From NCBI GenBank assembly GCA_041667205.1, contig JBAYFL010000008.1, positions 1 through 64,000 of the forward strand: DNA of 64,000 nt, given 5' to 3'. Source of the DNA: Verrucomicrobiia bacterium. Lineage in GTDB: Bacteria > Verrucomicrobiota > Verrucomicrobiia > CAIQCK01. The position numbers and the translations under genes were made by a program. Below the pieces are notes generated by a model. That model saw nothing but the letters and a program-made list of their open reading frames with translations, had not been told where the DNA came from and did not search any database. Below, piece after piece: positions 49,551-59,362 of this stretch; the stretch's first letter is position 1, and each line of letters begins with the position of its first letter.

Positions 49551-51019
49551 GGACGACTTCTTCCTTTCTCCTGTGCTCGTTTGAGCAACGCCGACATCTT
49601 CTTCACGAGGTCGGGCTTTTCGGCGTAGAGGTTCTTCGTTTCGGCAAGATCGTCGTCGAGGTTGTAGAGCTGGCCCGGGATGTTGACGACACCCGGCTTC
49701 GCCGCTTTGGCTTTGGCGGCTTTCGCGGCTCGCGCGACTCTCAGAGGCGCAGCCAACGTCTGCGGCGGGATGAGCTTCCACGGCCCTTCGCGAATGGCAA
49801 AGATGCCGTTGCCGCTGTGATGGATGGTGAACAGCCGCAAAGGCGCGTCACGCTTCTCGCCGAGGAGCGCGGGCAGAATGTTGAAGCTGTCCTCGGCGAC
49901 GTCATCGGGCAGCTTTGCGCTGAGAATCGCGGCGACGGTAGCCATGAGATCGCCGTGACAGACGGTTTCGTCGCAGACGCGGCCGGCGGGAGTTTTTCCG
50001 GGCCAGCGCGCCACCAGCGGCACGCGATGGCCGCCCTCGTAGATGTCGCCCTTGTAGCCGCGCAACGGGCCGCTCGGTTTGTGGCCGGCCTTGATCAACG
50101 ACTGCATGTCCGTGTAGGGCGAATGGCCGTTGTCGGCGGCGAAGAAAACGAGCGTGTTGCCGGCGAGCTTGTGGCGGTCGAGCGCGGCGAGCACCTCGCC
50201 GACGGCCCAATCGGTTTCCATGATGAAGTCGGCGATGGCCGATATGCCGCTCTTGCCGCGGAACCGCGCCGACGGGGCGACGGGCTCGTGCGGCGAGGTG
50301 AGCGTGAAGTAGAGGAAAAACGGTTTGCCGGCGGCGGCGCGCTGGCCGATGTAGTCAGTCGCGCGGCGGGCGAGCGTCGGCAGAATTTCGTCGAACTTCC
50401 AACCCGGCAGCATCGGGCCGGGCCGGCCATCAAGGTTTTGCTCGGCCTTCTGCGCGGTGGGCTGGCCGACGGTGCGGTCGTTCTCGATGAAGCAGTAGGG
50501 CGGATAATTTGGCACGTCGGTGCCGAAGTAGTAGTCAAATCCGCGTGTGGTCGGGCCTTCGGCGATGGGCTGGGTGAAATCCGGCGGCTTGTTCGTGTCG
50601 GGACGCGGCCATTGCCAGCCGAGGTGCCACTTGCCGATGCAGGCGGTGGCGTAGCCGTGCTGGCGCAACAGCGAGGGCACAGTGAGCCGGCCAGCCTCAA
50701 TGAGCGGTGGGTCATAGGGCACAAGCACGCCGCGTTTCAGCCGCGTGCGCCACGCGTAACGGCCCGTCAAAATGCCGTAGCGCGTTGGCGAACAAACCGC
50801 CGAGCCGCTGTGCGCGTCGGTGAAGCGCACGCCTTCGCGCGCGAGTCGGTCCACGGCGGGCGTCGGGGTTTTCGAGCCAGCGTTGTAGCAACCGAAGTCG
50901 CCGATGCCCATATCGTCGCCGAGGATAAAGACGATGTTGGGTTTCGACTGCGTGTCGGCGGCGGCGGAGTTGCAGCAGAGGACACAGAGCAACACGGGAA
51001 TGAACGCGAGGTGTTTCAT
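49547..51019 (-). CDS. sulfatase (Cys-type)
   Basis: PNIVFILGDDMGIGDFGCYN and active site CSPTR. Internal AKAAKAKAAK insertion. Start at the internal ATG at 51019. Confidence 0.88.
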   Translation of the reverse strand: MKHLAFIPVLLCVLCCNSAAADTQSKPNIVFILGDDMGIGDFGCYNAGSKTPTPAVDRLAREGVRFTDAHSGSAVCSPTRYGILTGRYAWRTRLKRGVLVPYDPPLIEAGRLTVPSLLRQHGYATACIGKWHLGWQWPRPDTNKPPDFTQPIAEGPTTRGFDYYFGTDVPNYPPYCFIENDRTVGQPTAQKAEQNLDGRPGPMLPGWKFDEILPTLARRATDYIGQRAAAGKPFFLYFTLTSPHEPVAPSARFRGKSGISAIADFIMETDWAVGEVLAALDRHKLAGNTLVFFAADNGHSPYTDMQSLIKAGHKPSGPLRGYKGDIYEGGHRVPLVARWPGKTPAGRVCDETVCHGDLMATVAAILSAKLPDDVAEDSFNILPALLGEKRDAPLRLFTIHHSGNGIFAIREGPWKLIPPQTLAAPLRVARAAKAAKAKAAKPGVVNIPGQLYNLDDDLAETKNLYAEKPDLVKKMSALLKRAQEKGRSRP

Positions 51020-51027
51020 GGCGGTTC

Positions 51028-52488
51028 TCACTTGGCTCCTTTCTTCGCGGCACGCTTCGCTGAGGGCTTGAGGCTCAGGTCTTCCAGCTTCGGCTCGACG
51101 CCGAGCTTGCGGCAGTCGGCATCCACGCTGGCGCTCCAGTCTTCCCAAAGCTTGCGCAACGCGGCGAGCTTGTCGGGATGCTTCGCGGCGAGGTCGTGCT
51201 GCTCGCTGAGGTCCTCGGCGAGGTTGAAAAGCATGTAGCGAGCGGGCGTTTGCTTCGGGCCGGGCTGCTCGCTGCCTTCCGTGGACCAGACCATCTTCCA
51301 ATCGCCCTGGCGCGCGGCGAAGTTGTTGCTCCGTGTGCGACAGCGCCAGAAGAGCGTGTCATGCGGCGCGCCGATCTTTTCGCCGCTGAGGTAGGGCAGG
51401 AGGTTAACGCCGTCGAGAGTTGGTGTCCCGGCTTCAGCCGGTTCGGAGCCGCCTGAAGGCGGGACACCAACACCGGCGGCGGCGAGCGCAGTGGCGTGAA
51501 TGTCCATCGTAATGACCGGCTGGCGATAGACAGTGCCGGGCTTGATCACACCGGGCCATTGCGCGAGCAACGGCACGCGGATGCCGCCTTCGAAAGTCTC
51601 GCATTTCGAGCCGCGCAACGGTGTGTTGCGGGAGCCGTTGACGGCGTTGCGCGTGGTCGGCCCGCCGTTGTCGTTGTGGAAAAAGATCAGTGTGCGGTCG
51701 AGCTGGCCGGTCTCCCTGAGCTTGGCGAGCACCGCACCGACGGCGTCGTCCACGGCGCTGAGCATGGCGGCATAGACGCGACGTTGTTTGTCTTCGATGT
51801 GGGCGAAGCGTTGCAGGTATTTCTCCGTGGCCTGCACCGGTGTGTGGACGGCGTTGAAGGCGAGATAGAAGAACCACTTCTTGCCGCGATGTTTCTCGAC
51901 GAACCGCACCGCTTCGCGACCCCACGCATCCTGCAAATACTCCGTCGCCGGCTCGGGCGTGACGCCGCGCACGACCATGAGCCGGCCGCCGCGCTTGCCC
52001 TTGCCAGGGACGATGCCGGGCAGGTTGTGGCTGCCGCCGCCGAGGATGCCGAAGAACTCGTCGAAGCCGCGCTCGGTCGGACGGAACCCCTCGGTAGTGC
52101 CGAGGTGCCATTTGCCGGTCATGCCGGTCGCGTAGCCGGCGGCCTTGAGCCGTTGCGGGAGCGTGACGACGGCGCGAGGCAGCGGGCCAGTGACGCCGTC
52201 GAGGTCTTCGTTGCCGGAGCGTTGCTGGTAACGACCGCTCATCAACGCTGCGCGCGTCGGCGTGCAAAACGAGCCGGCGGCGTGGGCGTCGGTGAACCGC
52301 GCGCCGCGCTTCGCCAGCGAATCAATGTTCGGCGTCGGGATGTCCTTGCAGCCGTGGCAGCCGATGTCGGCATAGCCCATGTCATCGGTGAGGATGATGA
52401 GGATGTTCGGATTATGGATTGGCGTGTCCGCGGCGGCACTGCTGTAGAGGACACAGAACAACACAAGGATGAGCGCGAGGTTTTTCAT
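51028..52488 (-). CDS. sulfatase (Cys-type)
   Basis: PNILIILTDDMGYADIGCHG and active site CTPTR. Basic tail ...SAKRAAKKGAK. Confidence 0.9.
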   Translation of the reverse strand: MKNLALILVLFCVLYSSAAADTPIHNPNILIILTDDMGYADIGCHGCKDIPTPNIDSLAKRGARFTDAHAAGSFCTPTRAALMSGRYQQRSGNEDLDGVTGPLPRAVVTLPQRLKAAGYATGMTGKWHLGTTEGFRPTERGFDEFFGILGGGSHNLPGIVPGKGKRGGRLMVVRGVTPEPATEYLQDAWGREAVRFVEKHRGKKWFFYLAFNAVHTPVQATEKYLQRFAHIEDKQRRVYAAMLSAVDDAVGAVLAKLRETGQLDRTLIFFHNDNGGPTTRNAVNGSRNTPLRGSKCETFEGGIRVPLLAQWPGVIKPGTVYRQPVITMDIHATALAAAGVGVPPSGGSEPAEAGTPTLDGVNLLPYLSGEKIGAPHDTLFWRCRTRSNNFAARQGDWKMVWSTEGSEQPGPKQTPARYMLFNLAEDLSEQHDLAAKHPDKLAALRKLWEDWSASVDADCRKLGVEPKLEDLSLKPSAKRAAKKGAK

Positions 52489-52497
52489 GATCGTATC

Positions 52498-54015
52498 TCA
52501 GCACTCCGGAACCATCTTGAAACCCATCAGGCTGGCGAGTTGGTGGACGGCTTTTGTATGATCACCGTAGAAGACAACGCGATGCAGCAGCGTGCGAATG
52601 TCGCGATACTTCTTCATGTCGGCGCACCAGTTCACCATCATCTTCTGCGCATCGCCGTTAACTGCGGTGGTAATCTGCGTGCGGCAGCCGCGGTCGTCGA
52701 ACTGGCGCGGCTTGCCCTCGATGATCCTGCCGGTGCTGAACAGCATCGCCTCGTCGTCAATGAACTTCGCGCAGGTGATCGGCTGGCCCACGCGCATGGC
52801 CACCTCCAGCGACGCGCCGCGGTTGTCGTCGCGGTGCGTGCGGATGTTGAACGGCGCGCGCGGCGTGCCAGGGCCGTTCATCCGCGTCGGCGAGACGCAG
52901 TGGGCGTGGATGACGGCGTTCAGGGAGGTGTCGAACAGCGGATCGGTGATGAAGCCTGGTTTGCCGAACGCGTAGGCGAACAGCAGCATCGTCAACGTGC
53001 TGTCGAGGTCGGCCTCGCACGCGCCGACGAAACCCTCGTCGCACAACTGCGCGAAGCCGAGGCACGGGTAGCCGAGAATCTGGATCGGGATGCCGCCGAG
53101 ACAGTTGACGGCGATCGCCTGCGCCTTGGCGTCGGCCATGAGTTGCTTCATCGCCAGATACATCTTCGCCGACTTGATGATCTCGGCCTTGCTCGGCTCG
53201 ACGATCTTCTTGGCGGGCTTGATGAACAAGCTGCGGGCGATTTCGGTGGCGAGCCGTTCATCCACCGCTTTGTGCGCGGCGATCAACTGCTCGGTAGTGA
53301 CATCCACGACCTCCGGCCCGATCCGCTCGCGAATGTCCTTCGCACGCGCGCCGGCCTTCGCCGAGGCGAGCAGGAGTTTGCTCTGACGCATCTGGCCAAC
53401 GGCCTTCAAAAGCGCGATGGCCGTGGCAAGGTCGCGCCAGTCGCGCGAGGCCATCAATACCACGCGTTTGCCCTCGCGCTGGGCCTGGCTGACATACATC
53501 CACTGATGTCCGCTGTAAGGCTGGCTGAAGACGACGACGGGCTTGCCGCAGTTGACGATGCCGGCGAGGTCGCCACGGATACCAAGATGGATGCACAACA
53601 CGCCCGCCACATCGTCGCGCGCAGCGATTTTCGGCACGGCTTCCTTCGCACTGACCACCAAGTCACCACCGACCAGTTCCACTTCGGGAAACTTCGGCAT
53701 CAGCTTGGCGATGAACTTCTCGAACTTCGCCTTCTCCGCCGGCGCGTCGAACTCCGGCTTCGGCCAGGCGCCCGCGCCGCCGAGATAGACCGTGTAAATC
53801 TTCACCTTCGGCGCTGATAGCGACGCGACCGCTTCGCTCGTCGCGAAACTGCTGGCGCCCATTAACCAGCCGCCCGCGGCCGCCGTCGCTTCGAGAAACC
53901 GCCGCCGGCTCATCCGCGCCGCGCAGCCCGCGTGCGCACAGCCGCCACACGTTGACGCAGGGCAGATATTGGAAGTTTCAGTGGTGTTGGACTCTCCTTG
54001 TTTGATCGTGTTCAT
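52498..54015 (-). CDS. TAT-signal exported protein of unknown function (paralog of 43411..44901)
   Basis: N-terminus ...CPASTCGGCAHAGCAARMSRRRFLEATAAAGGWLMGA: a Cys cluster then a twin-arginine motif. It shares the C-terminal conserved blocks with its paralog. Confidence 0.65.
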   Translation of the reverse strand: MNTIKQGESNTTETSNICPASTCGGCAHAGCAARMSRRRFLEATAAAGGWLMGASSFATSEAVASLSAPKVKIYTVYLGGAGAWPKPEFDAPAEKAKFEKFIAKLMPKFPEVELVGGDLVVSAKEAVPKIAARDDVAGVLCIHLGIRGDLAGIVNCGKPVVVFSQPYSGHQWMYVSQAQREGKRVVLMASRDWRDLATAIALLKAVGQMRQSKLLLASAKAGARAKDIRERIGPEVVDVTTEQLIAAHKAVDERLATEIARSLFIKPAKKIVEPSKAEIIKSAKMYLAMKQLMADAKAQAIAVNCLGGIPIQILGYPCLGFAQLCDEGFVGACEADLDSTLTMLLFAYAFGKPGFITDPLFDTSLNAVIHAHCVSPTRMNGPGTPRAPFNIRTHRDDNRGASLEVAMRVGQPITCAKFIDDEAMLFSTGRIIEGKPRQFDDRGCRTQITTAVNGDAQKMMVNWCADMKKYRDIRTLLHRVVFYGDHTKAVHQLASLMGFKMVPEC

Positions 54016-54100
54016 CTCGTCACCTCTGGAGTTGTGGCAGCGCTGAACGGCTTCCGTCGCGGCGGCAGATTATGCCTGCTGCACGGCACTTTGAAAACCT

Positions 54101-54442
54101 TCATTCCCTACGATCCACGCCGTGCGCTGCTCGCTGCGGCTTTGGCCGGCAGATTTTCTCCCAGCCGGGGTTGTTCCATTTCACCGGATAACCCGCGCAC
54201 TGCTCCGGTCTCGCGGCATAAACGGTGCAGTCGTTCCCGTTCAGGAACAGGCACGGCGACGCGGGATCGCCTTTGATGGCGAGATCACGCCGGTCGCGCG
54301 CCAGATCGGTGTAACGCTGGATGAATTCTTGCTCGGTGAGCTTCAACACCGCCGCCAACCGCGTGATGTCGGCATCGGTCAGATGAATCTGTCCCGGAAT
54401 CCGGCAGCATTCACCGCAGCGCGTGCACTTAAACTCCGTCAT
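54101..54442 (-). CDS. YkgJ-family (UPF0153) Cys-cluster Zn/Fe-binding protein
   Basis: MTEFKCTRCGECCRIPGQIHLTDADI... plus a distal ...PCLFLNGNDCTVY...QCAGYP matches the CxxCxxCC pattern of YkgJ. Start at the internal ATG at 54442, which overlaps the upstream sulfatase stop by 1 nt (TGATG). Confidence 0.65.
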   Translation of the reverse strand: MTEFKCTRCGECCRIPGQIHLTDADITRLAAVLKLTEQEFIQRYTDLARDRRDLAIKGDPASPCLFLNGNDCTVYAARPEQCAGYPVKWNNPGWEKICRPKPQRAAHGVDRRE

Positions 54443-55842
54443 CACTTTGAGTCTTCCAACTGTGACTGCACCGGTGTGACGGTGGCGCGGTGGCGCTTCA
54501 CTTCCTTCGCGATGTCGGCGAGCACGCCGGGATGGTCCTTGGCGACGTCGAACCGCTCGCCCGGATCGCGGCCGAGGTGGAACAGCAGCGGCGGATTGTG
54601 CTGCGCGACCGGATCCTTGTCGTAGCCGGAGCGCGTGATGAAGTGCGCCTTGAACGGCCCCTTGCGCACGGCAAAAAGCTGCGTGCCGCGATAGTAAAAC
54701 ATCGTGTCGCGTTTGCATGGGCCGGCGCCGAAGAGCAGCGGCGACATGTCCACGCCGTCGAGAAACAGATCGCGCGGGAGCGTCGCGCCGGCGAGCGCGG
54801 CGAATGTCGGCAGCAGGTCGAGCGAACTGGCCAGCTCGCGGTTCACGATGCCAGGCTTGATCCGGCCGGGCCACCACGCGATGCCCGGCTCGCGCATGCC
54901 GCCTTCCCAAGTCGAGCCTTTGCCGTCGCGCAACAGGCCCGCGGAACCGCCGTGCGTGTCGAAGATCAGCCACGGGCCGTTGTCGCTGGTAAAAAAGACC
55001 AGCGTGTTCTCCGCCAGCCCCTCGGCGCGCAACGTATCGAGCACTTGGCCGACGCTCCAGTCGAGTTCCTCCACCACGTCGCCGTAAAGCCCGCGCCGGC
55101 TCTTGCCGTGGAATTTCTCCGAAGCGAACAGCGGCACATGCGGGAAGTTATGGGCGAAGTAGAGGAAGAACGGTTTCGCCTTGTTGGCGCGGATGAACTT
55201 CAACGCCTCGGCGGTGTAACGCGGCGTGAGTTGGGTCTGGTCGGGGCCGCGTTCGAGAACGACAGCATCGCGCATGAACGGCGGTTTCCAATACTCGCTC
55301 TTCGGCTCGAAAAACGCCGCGCGCCCCTTTGGCCCGGCGCTCGCGTCGCGATCCATGTCGTTGGAGTAGGGAATGCCGAAGTAGGAATCGAAGCCGTGGC
55401 TGGTGGGCAGGAATTGCGGATGATGGCCGAGGTGCCACTTGCCGACGCAGCCGGTGGCGTAACCGCGCGACTTGAGCATCCGCGCGATGGTCAGTTCATT
55501 TGCAGGCAGGCCGCCCTTGGAGTCGGGAAAGAGCACGCGGCGTTTGTCGCTGCACATGCCGCTGCGGATCGGCAGCCGGCCCGTCATCAACGCTGCCCGG
55601 CTCGGCGTGCAGACCTCCGCCGCGACGTAGAAGTCGGTGAAGCGCATGCCCTGCGCCACCATGCGGTCGAGGTTCGGCGTGCGGATGCTCGGATGCCCGT
55701 AGCAAGCAAGGTCGCCGTAGCCCATATCATCGGCGAGAATGACGATGATGTTCGGGCGCTCCCCGGCGGCGCGGGCCACAGCAACGCTGACGACGAGCAA
55801 AACGGCAACGGCACAGGATTGGATGAAGCGCTGTGATTTCAT
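54442..55842 (-). CDS. sulfatase (Cys-type)
   Basis: MKSQRFIQSCAVAVLLVVSVAVARA signal peptide, PNIIVILADDMGYGDLACYG, and active site CTPSR. Confidence 0.9.
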   Translation of the reverse strand: MKSQRFIQSCAVAVLLVVSVAVARAAGERPNIIVILADDMGYGDLACYGHPSIRTPNLDRMVAQGMRFTDFYVAAEVCTPSRAALMTGRLPIRSGMCSDKRRVLFPDSKGGLPANELTIARMLKSRGYATGCVGKWHLGHHPQFLPTSHGFDSYFGIPYSNDMDRDASAGPKGRAAFFEPKSEYWKPPFMRDAVVLERGPDQTQLTPRYTAEALKFIRANKAKPFFLYFAHNFPHVPLFASEKFHGKSRRGLYGDVVEELDWSVGQVLDTLRAEGLAENTLVFFTSDNGPWLIFDTHGGSAGLLRDGKGSTWEGGMREPGIAWWPGRIKPGIVNRELASSLDLLPTFAALAGATLPRDLFLDGVDMSPLLFGAGPCKRDTMFYYRGTQLFAVRKGPFKAHFITRSGYDKDPVAQHNPPLLFHLGRDPGERFDVAKDHPGVLADIAKEVKRHRATVTPVQSQLEDSK

Positions 55843-55921
55843 AGAGTTTTCGCAAAAGCTCCCGCCGCCGCTTGGGCGGCCGAGAAACAAACAACCACAA
55901 TGAGCGATGGCGACCGGTGGC

Positions 55922-56614
55922 TCATCTTATGCCGGCCGATTGCATTTGCTTGAGGGCCTCCAACTGTTGCTGGTGGTATTCTTCACGCTCAGGCCTGTGC
56001 GGCGTCTGCAAGTGGCCCTTGATGTATTCCGTCGCCCCTTTCACGCCGCCGTATCTCTCCGCATACGCGTGCATGTCCTCTGCATGACCGTTGGGCATCA
56101 CGATATGCCAACGGCCGTTGCCGTCACGCATCGCCGTCGGCTTCTGCGGCGGATTGGGCCACAGGCCCGGCTTGCCGCCTTTGTTCGTGGACTGTTGCGA
56201 CATACCGATGGCTTTCGGGGGCGGAGGCGGAGCCGCCATGATGTTTTCGGGCTGAATGACGGCCGTTTCATTTCCTTTGGCCAGCGTCACGCTGCGGTTG
56301 CCGTAATCCACCTCCATCACGGTGACGCCGCCGGGCAACTGGTCGCCTTTGCGCACGAATCGCGCCCGCACGCCGGTTCTCTCCAAACTCGCTTCGGCGT
56401 AACTTCCTTGGCGAATCATGCCGGTGACACGCCACTCCGCGGCAAACTCGGGCACAGCGCTGCCCGTTGTTGGATCCTGTGCCATGATTGTTGGCACAGC
56501 CAGACAGAAGACGAAAATCAGCTTCTTCACAAAGAAAAATCCGTTCGGCGCTGCTGCGCTTTCTACTCCGAACCGACGGAAATACAAGCCTGCGATTCCT
56601 TCACCGTGCCACAA
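55922..56614 (-). CDS. hypothetical secreted protein
   Basis: Signal-peptide-like IFVFCLAVPTIMA near the N-terminus (the true start is possibly a non-ATG codon), and a Pro-rich linker. No family recognised. Confidence 0.4.
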   Translation of the reverse strand: MWHGEGIAGLYFRRFGVESAAAPNGFFFVKKLIFVFCLAVPTIMAQDPTTGSAVPEFAAEWRVTGMIRQGSYAEASLERTGVRARFVRKGDQLPGGVTVMEVDYGNRSVTLAKGNETAVIQPENIMAAPPPPPKAIGMSQQSTNKGGKPGLWPNPPQKPTAMRDGNGRWHIVMPNGHAEDMHAYAERYGGVKGATEYIKGHLQTPHRPEREEYHQQQLEALKQMQSAGIR

Positions 56615-56644
56615 CTCTCACGCCCGGCTGAGGTGGAGTTTGCT

Positions 56645-57952
56645 TCACGCCTGCTTGCGCTTGCGCTTCTTGCCGGCTTTGCCTTTCTTCGGCTCGTCAG
56701 AGGCGACTTTGCCTTTGGCGGGACTGAGCTTGTCGAGGACGGCCTGCAGACGCGCGCGGGCGGCCTTGGTGTCGTCGCTGGCCGAGTCGGCGGGGACAGG
56801 CTTCTCCACGAACGGCGCGTCGCTCATGTCGAACAACTCGCCGCTTTGGGTGAGCTTGTAGCCTTGCTCGCGGACATACCACTTCGCGCCAAGCTGGACA
56901 AAGATCCAATCGCGCGGTGTGCCTTTCTCGCCGCGCAGCTGCGGCGCGAAGCTGCGGCTGTCGAACGTCACGCCTTCCGGCATCTTCGCGCCGCCAAGCT
57001 CGGCGAACGTCGCGAAGAAATCGCTGAAGTCCACGAGGTCGTTGAGGACCTTGCCTGCGGGCATCGTGCCTTTCCAACTCGCGATGAGCGGCACGCGGCT
57101 GCCGCCTTCGAGCACGGTGCCTTTCTGGCCATTAATCTTGCGTCCGTTGATGATGGACCGGTCGGCGCCGAACTTCGCCGTGCCGTTGTCGCCGGTGAAC
57201 ACGATGAGCGTCTTCTCGCGCAGGCCGAGCTTGTCGAGTTCCGCGACGAGCTGGCCGACCTGCTTGTCGAGGTAGGCGACGTTATCGTCGTAGAAATCCT
57301 TCTTGCCATCGCCCTTGCTGTCTGGCGTGCGCAGGATCGGGCCGTGGATGAGATGCGTCGGGTAGTAGAAGTAGAACGGCTGCTCGCGATGCCGCCGGAG
57401 AAAGTCCAGCGTGAAGTCCATGCACGCGTCGGGGCAGTAAACGTCCTGCTTGGTCTCGACGAGTTGGCCGTTCTTGGTGTAGCTCGTCCTCCAATACCAT
57501 CCGCCCGCGGTCGGGTCAGTAAGCCATTCGTCGAAGCCCCAATCGCCCGGCGTGTCGCCCATCTGCCGCCACTTGCCGGTCATGCCCGTGGCGTAACCAG
57601 CCTGCTTCATTGTGCGAGCAAGCGATGGTTCGTCCTTGAACGATGGCCGACCGGCGCTTGGATTCGTCGAGCCGCCGGTGCGGAAACCGTAGCGGCCGGT
57701 GTTGATCGTGCAGCGCGACGGCCCGCAGAGCGGCGTCGAGTAACACTGCGTGAAACGCGCGCCGGTCTCGGCGAGCTTGTCGAGGTTTGGCGTCTTGCCC
57801 TTGAACCGGTCGGAACCGTAGCAACTGACGCCGTCGAGGCCGTAGTCGTCGGAGAGAATGAAAAGGATGTTGGGTTTCTGCGGATCAGCGGCGCTGGTGG
57901 ACCACGGAACACACAGAAGACACGGAAGGATGAGTTGGAGAGTTCGTTTCAT
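56645..57952 (-). CDS. sulfatase (Cys-type) with polybasic C-terminal tail
   Basis: PNILFILSDDYGLDGVSCYG and active site CGPSR. The tail ends ...EPKKGKAGKKRKRKQA. Confidence 0.9.
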   Translation of the reverse strand: MKRTLQLILPCLLCVPWSTSAADPQKPNILFILSDDYGLDGVSCYGSDRFKGKTPNLDKLAETGARFTQCYSTPLCGPSRCTINTGRYGFRTGGSTNPSAGRPSFKDEPSLARTMKQAGYATGMTGKWRQMGDTPGDWGFDEWLTDPTAGGWYWRTSYTKNGQLVETKQDVYCPDACMDFTLDFLRRHREQPFYFYYPTHLIHGPILRTPDSKGDGKKDFYDDNVAYLDKQVGQLVAELDKLGLREKTLIVFTGDNGTAKFGADRSIINGRKINGQKGTVLEGGSRVPLIASWKGTMPAGKVLNDLVDFSDFFATFAELGGAKMPEGVTFDSRSFAPQLRGEKGTPRDWIFVQLGAKWYVREQGYKLTQSGELFDMSDAPFVEKPVPADSASDDTKAARARLQAVLDKLSPAKGKVASDEPKKGKAGKKRKRKQA

Positions 57953-57964
57953 GGTGGGTGTTCC

Positions 57965-59341
57965 TTATGTGGTTGCTGCGTCTTTCTTTGCTTTCTTGCG
58001 TTGTTTCCTCTGCTTCTTGTCGCCGTCGGCCTTCTTGCGCGTCTTGGTTGCGCCAGCCGCAGGATTGAGCTTGTCGAGCACGCCCTGCAATTGCGCGCGC
58101 GCGGCGTTGGCTTCGGCATTTTGTGAATCGGCGGAAACCGGCTTCTGCGCGAACGGCGCGTCCTTCATGTCGAAGAGTTGGCCGCTCTCGGTCAGCTTCC
58201 AACCGTCGTTGCGGGCATACCACTTCGCGCCGAGTTGCACGTAAGTCCACTCGCGCGGCTTGCCTTTCTCACCGCGCAACTGCGGCGCGAAACTCCGACT
58301 GTCAAACGTGAGGTTCTCCGGCATCTTCGCGCCGGCCACTTCGGCAAATGTCGCGTAGAAGTCGCTGAAGCCCACAAGGTCCTTCAGCAAACGGCCGGCG
58401 GGCGTCACGCCTTTCCAGTTGGCGATAAGCGGCACGCGGCTGCCGCCTTCGTTCACTTGGCTCTTGCGGCCGTCCACGGGCCGGCCGTTGATGGTGCCGA
58501 CGGGGACGCTGCCGTTGTCGCCGGTGAAGACAATGAGCGTCTTCTCGCGCAGGTTCATCTCGTCAAGAGTGGCAACGAGCTTGCCGACAACCTTGTCGAG
58601 GTAAGTGATGTTGTCGGTGTAGAGCGGATTATCGCCTTTGCCTTTGCTCTTTCGCGCGCCTTTGACCTTCTCCTTGCTGCCTTCCTTGCTGTCGGGCGTC
58701 GCCAGAATCGGTCCGTGAATGAGCGTCGTCGGGTAATAGACGAAGAACGGCCCGTCGCGGTGACGCTTGATGAAGTCCACGACGAACTCGTGAAACATAT
58801 CGGGCGCATAGCTCGTGTCGGTCACCGGCACAACCTGGCCGTTCTTGTTGAGCGCGGGCTTCCAGTAGCGCTCGCCCCTGGACTTGTCCCATCGCAGGAA
58901 CTCATCCCAACCCCACGCGCGGCCTTCCTCGGCCGTTTCGAGGTATGAGAGATGGCTCCACTTGCCCGCAAGCGCGGTGGCGTAGCCGGCTTGCTTGAGC
59001 GTCTTGGCGATGCAAACCTCTTTGTCCGGCTTCGCCGCCGCTCCACAGCCGTTGTCGAGCACGCCGGTGCGGAAAGCGTAGCGGCCGAACATGCACAGCG
59101 CCCGCGACGGCGCGCACAGCGGCGCAGAGTAACATCGCTCGAATCTCACGCCGCCCGCCGCGAGCGAGTCGAGGTTCGGCGTCTTAAACGCGCCACCGTA
59201 GCACCCGACGCCCGGAATACCGTAGTCGTCGGCGAGGATGAAAATGATGTTCGGTTTGGCGGGCTTGTCTTCGGCCGCTTGCAGCGAGGCCAACGGCGAC
59301 AGCAACAGTGCGCAGACAATCAGAGTGATGAGATGTTTCAT
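57965..59341 (-). CDS. sulfatase (Cys-type) with polybasic C-terminal tail, paralog of 56645..57952
   Basis: PNIIFILADDYGIPGVGCYG and active site CAPSR. The tail ends ...TKTRKKADGDKKQRKQRKKAKKDAATT. Confidence 0.9.
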   Translation of the reverse strand: MKHLITLIVCALLLSPLASLQAAEDKPAKPNIIFILADDYGIPGVGCYGGAFKTPNLDSLAAGGVRFERCYSAPLCAPSRALCMFGRYAFRTGVLDNGCGAAAKPDKEVCIAKTLKQAGYATALAGKWSHLSYLETAEEGRAWGWDEFLRWDKSRGERYWKPALNKNGQVVPVTDTSYAPDMFHEFVVDFIKRHRDGPFFVYYPTTLIHGPILATPDSKEGSKEKVKGARKSKGKGDNPLYTDNITYLDKVVGKLVATLDEMNLREKTLIVFTGDNGSVPVGTINGRPVDGRKSQVNEGGSRVPLIANWKGVTPAGRLLKDLVGFSDFYATFAEVAGAKMPENLTFDSRSFAPQLRGEKGKPREWTYVQLGAKWYARNDGWKLTESGQLFDMKDAPFAQKPVSADSQNAEANAARAQLQGVLDKLNPAAGATKTRKKADGDKKQRKQRKKAKKDAATT

Positions 59342-59362
59342 GTTGTTCCCGATGTTGAGTTG

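Noticed and set aside
51496-53817. 773-aa + ORF antisense to a sulfatase and the second TAT protein
   Set aside because: Antisense artefact. The minus-strand genes have sulfatase active-site and TAT motifs.
55907-58126. 739-aa + ORF antisense to three minus-strand genes
   Set aside because: Spans several gene boundaries of clear sulfatases. Low-complexity.
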